Position numbers and translations under genes: made by a program. A stretch of 64,000 nt of DNA. It comes from Macrostomum lignano (taxonomy: Eukaryota). The notes under the pieces were generated by a model. That model had not been told where the DNA came from. It worked only from the letters and a program-made list of their open reading frames with translations, and searched no databases. The stretch covers positions 14,990 through 78,989 of the forward strand of contig NIVC01004429.1 of the NCBI GenBank assembly GCA_002269645.1, in the 5' to 3' direction. This document shows positions 1 through 10,164 of this stretch, piece after piece (within the stretch, counting starts at the first letter, position 1; the number at the start of each line of letters is the position of its first letter).

Positions 1-1
1 T

Positions 2-1234
2 CTACTGGCTGTTGGAGTTCAACGAGATTGGAAAATTCACCAGATGGATGTCGTAACAGCATTTTTAAATGGCAAACTAGACGAAGAAATTTACATGGAA
101 CAACCGGAAGGATTTGTGGTTCAAGGCAAGGAAACACTAGTATGCAAACTAGAAAGAAGTCTATATGGACTCAAGCAGGCTCCTAGATGTTGGAATCAAA
201 CTCTGCATGATGAACTTTTAAGTCTTGACCTAGTGCAGGCAAAGTCAGAACCGTGTATCTATGCTAACTCTCAATCTGCGATCGGTGTGTATGTGGACGA
301 CATTCTATTAACAGCATCTGACGACTATATGCCCGTGCTGAAGCAAGAACTGCAATCTAAATTTAAGATGAAGGATCTAGGCGAATTTCACTATTTTCTT
401 GGAATTCAAGCTACCTGGAAGAATGGTTCATTGTTTCTAAACCAAGAGCGGTATCTAAATACCATCCTTTCTAAATTCAACATGATGGACTGCAAACCGG
501 TATCAACACCAATGGACGCAAGTGTCAAGTTCTACACTACACAGACCTGTGATGCTAAGGTGGACAAGACTATGTATCAGGCGGCAGTAGGAAGTCTAAA
601 CTACGCAGCACTAGCTACACGACCAGATGTGTCATCTGCAGTGGGAGTTCTCGCGCGATATTGCTCAGACCCAACTGAACAGCATTGGAGTGGCGTGAAG
701 CGTGTCCTGAGATATCTAAAGGGAACCATTTCATCAGGATTGGTTTTTCAGAAGGACTCGCGTGCAATCGATCTAATTGGATATTCCGATGCAGACTGGG
801 CTGGTGATCACAATGACCGACGTTCTACAACCGGATACATCTTCAAGTTGGCTGAATGTCCGATTAGCTGGAGTAGCAAGAAGCAACAAACTGTAGCTTT
901 ATCGACGACGGAGGCCGAGTACATGGCACTCTCAGCTGCTACCCAAGAAGCCACATGGTTACAACAGTTACTACTAGATCTTCGCGTAGAAAGTCTCAAA
1001 TACGTTACTATCCTAGAAGACAATCAAGGCTGTATTGCTCTAGCTAGGAATCCTGTCTTCCACAGTCGTTCTAAGCACATTGATATCCGTCACCATTTCG
1101 TGCGTGAGAAGTTGGTCGGTGGAACTTTAAAGCTAATTTACTGTCCGTCAGAGGAGATGATCGCTGACATTCTTACTAAAGCACTGTCTAATGCCAAGTT
1201 TCAAGTGCTCAAGGAACTGATTCCTGTTCGTTAA
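2..1234 (+). CDS. Ty1/copia pol, C-terminal part (reverse transcriptase + RNase H); cut by the window start
   Basis: Frame is open from nt 2 (LLAVGVQRDWKIHQMDVVTAFLNG). It carries copia motifs LYGLKQAPRCW, YVDD, YSDADWAG..RRSTTGY, SKHIDIRHHFVRE and ADILTKAL, with no stops or frameshifts. Confidence 0.97.
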   Translation, partial: LLAVGVQRDWKIHQMDVVTAFLNGKLDEEIYMEQPEGFVVQGKETLVCKLERSLYGLKQAPRCWNQTLHDELLSLDLVQAKSEPCIYANSQSAIGVYVDDILLTASDDYMPVLKQELQSKFKMKDLGEFHYFLGIQATWKNGSLFLNQERYLNTILSKFNMMDCKPVSTPMDASVKFYTTQTCDAKVDKTMYQAAVGSLNYAALATRPDVSSAVGVLARYCSDPTEQHWSGVKRVLRYLKGTISSGLVFQKDSRAIDLIGYSDADWAGDHNDRRSTTGYIFKLAECPISWSSKKQQTVALSTTEAEYMALSAATQEATWLQQLLLDLRVESLKYVTILEDNQGCIALARNPVFHSRSKHIDIRHHFVREKLVGGTLKLIYCPSEEMIADILTKALSNAKFQVLKELIPVR

Positions 1235-1333
1235 TATAACTGCTAACTCTTTATCTAACTTTGATATTCAAGACACAATATGAACTGTTTGTACCAGTAT
1301 GCACTAGTTTTTAAGCTAAACATTAAGTGGGAG

Positions 1334-1429
1334 TGTTAAAGATGCTATAAGTAATCGTTTATCTTAAAATAGTCAACTTTATATTTATAGTAAGTGAATC
1401 CAAGTTTTCCTTCTAGAATTTCTATAACA
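1334..1429 (+). mobile_element. Putative 3' LTR, 96 bp
   Basis: Starts TGTTAAAGA directly after the PPT and ends TCTATAACA (reverse complement TGTTATAGA, 8/9 match). The 5' LTR is outside the window, so this is unconfirmed. Confidence 0.7.
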
Positions 1430-1590
1430 GACTTCTTAATTATATCTATGGTTTTCGACTCCCTTACCTGTACCACTAAGTTTTGTTTGAGCTACGCCAG
1501 TGCTAAATTCCATGTTAACCCTTCTTTTGCTATCTTTCTCAAAACTCAATAAACGCCGATTCATTATAATTTAATAAGGCTTTCTTAATA

Positions 1591-2527
1591 GAAGGTGCAC
1601 AGGGGAGAAGACAGGGAAGGCACAGGGGAGAAGACAAGGAAAGCACAGGAGGGAAGACGGAAAGCACAGAGGAGAAGACAGGGAAGGCACAGGGGAGAAG
1701 ATAGGGAAAGCACAGGGGATATTGAAGACAGGGAAGGCACAGGGGAGAAGACAGGGAAAGCACAGGGGAGATTGAAGACAGGGAAGGCACAGGGGAGAAG
1801 ACAGGGAAAGCACAGGGGATATTGAAGACAGGGAAGGCACAGGGGAGAAGACAGGGAAGGCACAGGGGATATTGAAGACAGGGAAAGCACAGAGGAGAAG
1901 AGAGGAAAAGCACAAGGGAGAAGACAGGGAAGACACAGGGGAGAAGACAGGGAAAGCACAGGGGAGATTGAAGACAGGGAAGGCACAGAGAAGACAGGGA
2001 AGGTGCACAGTGGAGAAGACAGGAAAGGTACAGGGGAGAAGACAGGGAAGGCACAGGGGAGATTGAAGACAGGGAAGGCACAGGGGAGAAGACAGGGAAA
2101 GCACAGGGGATATTGAAGACAGGGAAGGCACAGGGGAGAAGACAGGGAAGGCACAGGGGAGAAGACAGGGGAGAAGACAGGGAAGGCACAGGGGAGATTG
2201 AAGACAGGGAAAGCACAGGGGATATTGAAGACAGGGAAAGCACAGGGGAGATTGAAGACGGAAGGCACAGGGGAGATTGAAGACAGGGAAGGCACAGGGG
2301 AGAAGACAGGGAAAGCACAGGCGAGATTAAAGACAGAAAAAGCACAGGGGCGAAGACAGGGAAAGCACAGGGGAGATTGAAGACAGGGAAGGCACAGGGG
2401 AGAAGACAGGGAAAGCACAGGGGATATTGAAGACAGGGAAGGCACAGGGGAGAAGACAGGGAAAGCACAGGGGAGATTGAAGACAGGGAAGGCACAGGGG
2501 AGAAGACAGGGAAAGCACAGGGAAGAG
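1591..2527. repeat. Purine-rich minisatellite, alternating subunits GAAGACAGGGAA(G/A)GCACAGGGGA with GA or (G/T)ATT linkers
   Basis: Direct tandem iteration. It produces the spurious ORFs at 1539-2613. Confidence 0.95.
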
Positions 2528-3103
2528 ACCACGTTTAGTAAATCAGCAAATGAAGCATCGTTAACTACAGCGATTACAATTATACAAAGCACAATGCAAA
2601 TTAAAGTAAGCATGAGTACAAATTTATAGATATATTTATTTAACGCATCGAGTCAGCCTCACAATTGGGTCACTCGGTTTCATTGGCTGCTTCTTTCAAA
2701 AAAGCAATGTGCGATAAAGTTATGACACAATAATGCAATAAGATTACAGTATACAGTATAAAGAGTTGCATTAACAGGCCCTTATGTAAGAAAAGTTAGC
2801 TAGCATTAAATTTACATAAACAGGCTATTTATTAGTCTAGGAACAAAAATGCTGCACACCTGATGGAATAATATTTTGTTTCAGAAATATAGAAGCTGTC
2901 TTATATTATGTTGGCTTGCCTCATCAAATTTAATTGCTTCCACTTAATTAATATAGCAAACAGCTTAGCTACAGGCAATAAAGCTATCTTATATCGGCTA
3001 GAAAAAATTGAAAAATGCGACGCACAACTTCTTTTGTTTTTTTTCTGCCGGCAATCTAGTTAGAATAAGTCTACTAAAATGAAAATACCAATCAATAAGC
3101 AAA

Positions 3104-3722
3104 TCAACAAATCAATCACTCAATCAACCAACCAATCAACAAATCAACCAACCAATCAACAAATCAATCACCCAATCAACCAATTAATCAACCAATCAAC
3201 ACTCAATCAACCAACCAATCAACAATTCAATCACCCAATCAACCAACCAGTCACCCAATCAATCACTCAATCAACCAATCAATCACCCAATCAATAACCA
3301 AATCAACAAATCAATCACTCAATCAACCAACCAATCAACCAATCAATCACTCAATCAACCAACCAATCAATCACTCAATCAACCAACCAATCAACCAATC
3401 AATCACTCAATCAACCAATCAACCAATCAATCAACCAATCAATCACTCAATCAACCAATCAACCAACCAATCAACCAATCAATCACCCAATCAATAACCA
3501 AATCAACAAATCAATCACTCAATCAACCAACCAATTAACCAATCAATCACTCAATCAACCAACCAATCAACCAATCAATCACTCAATCAACCAATCAACC
3601 AATCAATCAACCAATCAATCACTCAATCAACCAATCAACCAACCAATCAACAAATCAATCAACTAATCAATCACCAAATCAACCAATCAATAACCCAATC
3701 ACCTAATCAATCAACCAACCAA
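3104..3722. repeat. Degenerate (TCAA/CCAA)n tetranucleotide-type repeat just 3' of the CHERP stop
   Basis: Continuous ATCA/ACCA/TCAA units. Confidence 0.95.
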
Positions 3723-3757
3723 CTAAAAGCTAATAAATCAGTGGAACAATTAACTAA

Positions 3758-5392
3758 TCAATTATCCGGCTTCGAAGATTTCATCGAATCCACGTAGCCC
3801 CTGGACATTCGCGCTCGAAACGCTGTGAATGGATCGGCGGCAGCGGAGCCTCCCCGCCGGTCGCCGCCGCCAGTTGCCGAGCCAGTTGACGAACACTCCG
3901 CGCCAAGGCCCAGTCGATCTTCTGAGGACGCCGCCGGCCTGTCGAAAGCGGCGCCGCCTGCTCGTCGGGGCGCGAATCCGCCGCGCGGCCCAACAACCAG
4001 AGCGCCGATAGCGCGCGGCATCCGACTGCTCGACGAAGCCAAAGCCGATGGACGATTGACGCGGCCGGCTGACGTGAACGAAGGCGGACTGGGCGACCGC
4101 GAGCCGGCAGCAGCAACTCCGCCTTCGCCGCCGCCTGCGCCGCCTCGACTATTGGAGGCCGAACGGCTGCGGCTGCGACTAGGGCTTCGGCTTCGGCTTC
4201 GGCTGTCGCTGCGGCTGCGACTCCGGCTGCGGCTTCGACTTCTGCTGCGACTGCGGCTCCGGCTGCGACTCCGGCTGCGGCTTCTGCTGTCCCCGCTGTC
4301 ACTGTGTATGCTGCGGGCTCGACGCGACAAGAAGCCGAGAGTGGCGCCGGGGCCGGCCCGGCTAGGCGGACTCGACGGGTTGCCGCCACTGCCGCCTCCG
4401 CCGCCGCCGCCGCTTCCTCCGCCGTTGCCGTCGCCGCGATGCCGCCTTTCTTTGGCTCGCTCCTCTAGCCAGTCGTCGCGCTCAAACACGCGGCCCTCCG
4501 CTGTCTCGCCGTCAGCTTTAGTAGCGGCTAGCAGCGATTTCCTAGCCCGATCCTTGGCCTTGTAGAATTCAAATAAACCGAGCCGCTCCCAGCCTTCGGA
4601 GTCTCGCGGACTGTCGTGCGACGGCGGCGCCGAATAGGAGTCTAGTGCGGCCCGGATGAACTCGCTGATGGGATGGCGAGCGGGCAGCATGAGCTGGTCG
4701 GGATCCAGCTCTGTATAGGCGGTGGCGTGCAGCGGTATTAGCGGCACCATTAAACTGGCCGGCTGTTGGTAATAAGGCGCCTGAGGCTTCTCCGGCTTGG
4801 ATATGAGAGCGGCCGGCGGCGGCAGCAGCGGCTGCGGTGGCGGCGGCGGCTGGCCGGGCGCGAACCCAGGCGGAGGCATGGAGAGGTCCGGCAGAGGCAG
4901 CAGGCCGCCGGGTTTATTTGGACCGAAATTGCTATTGGAAGCTGTTGAATTCAAAGACTGCGTAGCAGTGGAGGAAGATGCGGCGGGCACCGACAAAGGG
5001 ACAGACGCAGCGCTCTCGGAGGACCTGGCGGCGGCGGCAGCGGCGGCGGCAGCGGCCTGCCCGATGATCTGCTGCACCCTGGTCCGCTGCTGCTCGATCT
5101 GGTCACGCAGATGCTTCTCAAACTCCGTGTGCTGTCGTTGCAACTCCTCGCACTTGGCTTGACATTGGATTCGAATCTGGGACGCCTCCTGCGCCAAGTC
5201 CGACTCGGCAAGGCGGTCCTGACGCCACTTGGCGTAGGCGGCCTCGCAGTCGGAAGACAGGGCCTGAGTCACCGCCTCGGGAAAGTAGGCGTTCTGCACC
5301 CACAGTGAGCGAACCTTCTCCAGCTTCTGGGCACGTTCGGGGTCGCTTGCTACTAGCTTGTGCGCCTGGCTGAACATTGGGACTATCACCGC
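3758..5392 (-). CDS. CHERP: CHERP-like protein, last coding exon (end of CID, coiled coil, Pro-rich region, conserved central motif, RS domain, C-terminal motif)
   Basis: Acceptor CACCGCAG|GCG GTG ATA, phase 0. PYYQQPASLMVPL..PISEFIRAALDSYSAPPSHDSPRDSEGWERLGLFEFYKAK and terminal DPFTAFRARMSRGYVDSMK match CHERP motifs as I recall them (PPSHDRPRNSEGWE; DPYENYRR..FIARMK). A long RSRSRS tract is present. Confidence 0.88.
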   Translation of the reverse strand, partial: AVIVPMFSQAHKLVASDPERAQKLEKVRSLWVQNAYFPEAVTQALSSDCEAAYAKWRQDRLAESDLAQEASQIRIQCQAKCEELQRQHTEFEKHLRDQIEQQRTRVQQIIGQAAAAAAAAAARSSESAASVPLSVPAASSSTATQSLNSTASNSNFGPNKPGGLLPLPDLSMPPPGFAPGQPPPPPQPLLPPPAALISKPEKPQAPYYQQPASLMVPLIPLHATAYTELDPDQLMLPARHPISEFIRAALDSYSAPPSHDSPRDSEGWERLGLFEFYKAKDRARKSLLAATKADGETAEGRVFERDDWLEERAKERRHRGDGNGGGSGGGGGGGSGGNPSSPPSRAGPGATLGFLSRRARSIHSDSGDSRSRSRSRSRSRSRSRSRSRSRSRSRSDSRSRSRSPSRSRSRSASNSRGGAGGGEGGVAAAGSRSPSPPSFTSAGRVNRPSALASSSSRMPRAIGALVVGPRGGFAPRRAGGAAFDRPAASSEDRLGLGAECSSTGSATGGGDRRGGSAAADPFTAFRARMSRGYVDSMKSSKPDN

Positions 5393-5514
5393 CTGCGGTG
5401 GGTGATGGGGAACGATAGATTTTTAGTTTATTGATTGCATGAGTATTTATTAACATTCATGTCAAATTTTTGGACAATTCACTTTTTTAAAAAACTAGAA
5501 ATCCGACAGTTGAC

Positions 5515-5620
5515 GTTTCCAATAACACCGAAAAATTTACGTTCTTAATAACACCGGAATATTTACGTTCTAAATAACACCGGAAATTTTCCATTTTTAA
5601 TACCGAAATATTTACATTCT
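5515..5620. repeat. Short ~27-bp tandem repeat (AATAACACCG(G)AA..TTTACGTTC), about 4 copies, in the CHERP intron
   Basis: Visible direct repeats. Confidence 0.75.
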
Positions 5621-6351
5621 TTACACCTGAAAATTTGCAGAGGTAACTACACCAAATTTGAAATTTTGTATTCTGAATGACTCAAGAAAATTTAGATTAG
5701 CTATAAACCCGGAAAATTTATATTTCAAACAAACAACTACAGCGTTCACATTTAAAGAATAAATCCGGAAAATTAATGTTACGAATAAAATACGGATCAT
5801 TGCATAAACCTTCATATTTTGTAAATCCTGAATCTATTTACCTTTTTAAAGGGCCCTAGGCCTTCTGTATTGTCCTTAACATTCTTCCGTCATTTTATAA
5901 TTATCTCAAGAGACCGGAGTCTATTTGAAAATCTGTTAACAAAGGAATGTACAAATAGACAATTCTCGAAACGAAACGGGAATATAAGATGAGGAATATT
6001 TGAAGATCTGACTAATAGCTTAACAGGATTCCCACTGCCATTGGCCCGTGCTCTTGCCAGTTCTGAATTAAGAAAGAAATAGAGTGCAGCTTTCTTCAAG
6101 CGCATTTGTTGCACACACGGAAATTCTAGACAGAAAGCCTGTGCAGAGTATCGATTTTTTTATTTTAACACCTCAACACAAAAGAAAAATTCAAGACGCT
6201 TCGCTTCCTTAGAGACCAGAGAGGACTGTTGAAGGGCCAAAATTTCTTTGATCTAATTTAATTAGCTCACAATTTTTCCTGATTTATTTCTGCCTTCTGT
6301 GTTCTCATTGCAATTTTTTCTAATTGACGCTACCATCTCTTGTTCAACCTC

Positions 6352-7500
6352 TCAGTCCTTCTGCTGTTCCCCTTCCAGTCTTCTGCTGTTCCCTTCCAGC
6401 AGTCTTCTTCTGCTGTTCCCTTCCAGTCTTCTGCTGTTCCCCTTCCAGTCTTCTGCTGTTCCCCTTCCAGTCTTCTGCTGTTCCCTTCCAGTCTTCTGCT
6501 GTTCCCCTTCCAGTCTTCTGCTGTTCCCCTTCCAGTCTTCTTCTGCTGTTCCCTTCCAGTCTTCTGCTGTTCCCCTTCCAGTCTTCTCTGCTGTTCCCTT
6601 CCAGTCTTCTGCTGTTCCCCTTCCAGTCTTCTGCTGTTCCCTTCCAGTCTTCTGCTGTTCCCTTCCAGCAGTCTTCTTCTGCTGTTCCCCTTCCAGTCTT
6701 CTTCTGATGTTTCCCTTCCAGTCTTCTCTGCTGTTCCCTTCCAGTCTTCTTCTGCTGTTCCCCTTCCAGTCTTCTCTGCTGTTCCCTTCCAGTCTTCTTC
6801 TGCTGTTCCCCTTCCAGTCTTCTTCTGCTGTTCCCCTCCCAGTCTTCTTCTGCTGTTCCCCTTCCAGTCTTCTCTGCTGTTCCCTTCCAGTCTTCTCTGC
6901 TGTTCCCTTCCAGTCTTCTCTGCTGTTCCCCTTCCAGTCTTCTCTGCTGTTCCCCTTCCAGTCTTCTCTGCTGCTCTCCTTCCAGTCTTCTCTGCTGTTC
7001 CCCTTCCAGTCTTCTCTGCTGTTCCCCTTCCAGTCTTCTTCTGCTGTTCCCCTTCCAGTCTTCTCTGCTGTTCCCCTTCCAGTCTTCTCTGCTGTTCCCT
7101 TCCAGTCTTCTCTGCTGTTCCCTTCCAGTCTTCTCTGCTGTTCCCTTCCAGCAGTCTTCTTCTGCTGTTCCCCTTCCAGTCTTCTTCTGATGTTTCCCTT
7201 CCAGTCTTCTTCTGCTGTTCTCCTTCCAGTCTTCTCTGCTGTTCCCTTCCAGTCTTCTCTGCTGTTCCCTTCCAGTCTTCTGCTGTTCCCCTTCCAGTCT
7301 TCTGCTGTTCCCTTCCAGTCTTCTGCTGTTCCCTTACAGCAGTCTTCTTCTGCTGTTCCCCTTCCAGTCTTCTTCTGATGTTTCCCTTCCAGTCTTCTCT
7401 GCTGTTCCCTTCCAGTCTTCTTCTGCTGTTCCCCTTCCAGTCTTCTTCTGATGTTTCCCTTCCAGTCTTCTTCTGCTGTTCTCTTTCCAGTCTTCTGTTG
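6352..7500. repeat. Pyrimidine-rich ~21-25-bp minisatellite (TTCCAGTCTTCT..GCTGTTCCC) in the CHERP intron
   Basis: Direct tandem iteration. Confidence 0.95.
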
Positions 7501-8289
7501 TTCCGTTTTTCTATTTATCATTTCACTTTCTTTTTCGAATAATAATTACTATTTCGCACGCAATGTTTTTATCTTGCTGATCATTTTTATGACTTCAGTT
7601 AATGCTTTAAAATTCCGCCAAAGCAGAGCTTTTAAATAGCAAAAAGCAAATTTAAAAAAAAAGTTATGCGTTGTATTCGTTTCTTCATTCGAAAAGAGAA
7701 CTGAGAAACCCTTGCAAAAAATTATGATTGCCCTGTGTCAGCAGAAAATGTAAAGAAGGGAGCAATGAAGCATTAAAAAGTTGTACAACCTTCTTGTGCA
7801 GCATTGCTTTTAGCTTTTTTAAGTCGCACTAGCATGCTAAGGAAATGCCTTTCTTGCCTGTGTTTGTCTCCACTTGTCGCGCAGGAATCACGCAAAATAA
7901 ATCATGTGAACCCCTCTTTTTCACTTCATCTCTTTGCTGTAGCAAGCAGGCTAGAGAAATAAAAGATAAAGAAACACAGTGATCCGATTACTGTTGCGCT
8001 AGCATCAGACACTGAAATCTATTGACAGGCTTTAGGGAGGCGAGTCATTCTGCCTTCAACACACACGCACAGCTGTTGTTAATCCCCCTACAGTTGTTTG
8101 GTTCGGCTCACCTCAAGCTTTCGGGCCTCAGTTTGAGCATTCAGCTTCCCTACCTGCATTCAGCCTCCCCATCTGCATTCAGCCTCCCCATCTGCATTCA
8201 GCTTCCCCATCTGCATTTAGCCCCCACTCAATCTTCATTTCTTATTCAATATTCATCTCCCACTCAATCTTTTCAATCAATCCTTGTCA

Positions 8290-9080
8290 ATCATCATCTC
8301 TTACTCAATCATAATTTTCTACTCAATCATAATTTCCAACTCAATCGTCATCTACTCTATCATCATCTCTTACTCAATCATCATCTCCTACTCAGTCATC
8401 ATTTCCTACTAAATCGTCATCTCCTACTCAATCATCATCTCCTACTCAATCATCATCTCCTACTCAATCTTTATCTGCTACTCAATCATCATCTCCTACT
8501 CAATCATCATCTCCTACTCAATCTTTATCTGCTACTCAATCATCATCTCCTACTCAATCTTTATCTGCTACTCAATCATCATCTCCTACTCAATCATCAT
8601 CTCCTACTCAATCATCATCTCCTACTCAATCATCATTTCCTACTTAATCTTTATCTCCTACTCAATCATCATCTACTAAAATTTCATCTCCTACTCAATA
8701 ATCATCTCATACTCAATCATCATCTCATACTCAATTTTCATCTCCTACTCAATAATCATCTCATACTCAATCATCATCTCCTACTCAATCATCATCTCCT
8801 ACTCAATCATCATCTCCTACTGAGTCATATTCTTCTCAATTTTCATCTCCTAATCAGTCATATTCTATTCAATTTTCATCTCCTACTCAAATGACCAACT
8901 CCTACTCGATCATCAACTCCTACTCGGTCATCTCCTACTTAATTATCAACTCCTACTCAATCTTCATCTCCTATTCAATCATCATCTCCTACTCAATGAT
9001 CATCTCCTACTCAATGATCATCTCCTACTCAATTTTCATCTCCTACTCAATCATCAAATCCTACTCAATCATCTCCTACT
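8290..9080. repeat. 18-bp minisatellite (CTCAATCATCATCTCCTA) in the CHERP intron
   Basis: Direct tandem iteration. It produces the LLLNHH ORF. Confidence 0.93.
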
Positions 9081-9154
9081 CAAGGCACATGAACTGTAAC
9101 AAACATAACAGTTATACAAATCATATATACTAAAAATGAAAACACATAACTAAC

Positions 9155-10039
9155 CTGCAAAGCGCCAATCAGAGATTCTGCATTGCGTCGCCTACAATGA
9201 TGCAACAGATCATTAACCAGATAGATCAGATGCAGCCTAGGCGCGAATTCTTGTCCCAAAGCGATTGAACGAGCTAATAGAAAATTAGCAAATACTTCGG
9301 TGGCCGCTGAATTCTGCGCACGGTCTAGCATCCAATTCTTAGCGGCGCTGATGTTCTCTTTAGTGCAAGCGTCAACTACAGGCTGAACTGCAGCGTCAAT
9401 CTCTTCTAATGACATGCTCATCACGGTGCACAGAGAATGCAATTGTTCCAGTCGGCGACGGTTAATTAACTCGTCAGATTGCTGCTCCTGCGAGGCGATT
9501 GCTGCTTCGAATTGGGCGGTTAAATTTGTCTCGCTCTGGCTTAGCCTCTGTTCAGCATTTACTAACATCTGTTGCAGAGTCTGCTGCTCAGCCTGAGACT
9601 GTTGCTGCAGCATAGCAGCCGCAGCGGCCGCCTGTTGCTGCTGCTGTTGAAAAGATGCAATCGGCGGACCGGATGGCGGCAGTGCCGGCGGCGGCAAACT
9701 GAATGGCGGCGGCGGCGGCGGCGGCTGAGTCGTCATCTGCATCGGCATTGACGTCATCGGCGGCTGCTGCGGCGGCTGCTGCAACGGCGGACCGGGCATC
9801 AGTGGCCGGATTCCCCCACTACTGGCAGTGGACGATGCTGGCGGAGAGAATCTGTGTATGGCGCCTATGGCACCTATGGGCGGCCTGGGCGATTCTAAAA
9901 TGCTCCCGCCGCCGCCGCCAGAGGAGTCCCAACGACTGCCACCACCAGAGCTGGACTGAGATCGGCTGCCCCAGCGACTGCCGCTCCCACTACCGCTGCC
10001 GCCATTATCCCATTGGCTATTTGATCCCCTGGAGTGCAT
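9155..10039 (-). CDS. CHERP: CHERP-like protein, upstream coding exon (G/S-rich, P/Q-rich, N-terminal part of the CTD-interacting domain)
   Basis: QPVVDACTKENISAAKNWM...RLHLIYLVNDLLHHCRRR..LIGALQ is a CHERP-type CID. Donor CAG|GTTAGT at 9155/9154 is phase 0 and joins in frame to the exon at 5392 (ALQ|AVIVPMF). Intron 5393-9154. Confidence 0.9.
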
Positions 10040-10164
10040 TGTCGTCTAATTCTGATTAGAATGCTAATTGGTGTTGCTGTTAGGTTTCTCCGATTCAGTG
10101 TGAATCTGGAAAATTTAGTTTTTAGCAGTTATCTGTTTTAGCCTACTGCAAGTAGTAAACGGGA

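Larger units (their letters stand above)
1..1429 (+). mobile_element. 3' end of a Ty1/copia LTR retrotransposon
   Basis: pol is followed by a purine-rich tract (AAGTGGGAG, 1325-1333) abutting a TG...CA bounded segment. Confidence 0.9.

Noticed and set aside
3104-3722. ATCAATCA (reverse TGATTGAT) here, and AGATGGAT within (TATC)n, as Pbx/Hox sites
   Set aside because: These are by-products of tetranucleotide repeats. TGATTGAT also occurs in AT-rich DNA at 13263, 34135 and 43158, so it is weak evidence alone.
3781-5308. Antisense and alternate-frame ORFs over the CHERP exon
   Set aside because: These are expected shadows of a GC-rich, low-complexity exon.
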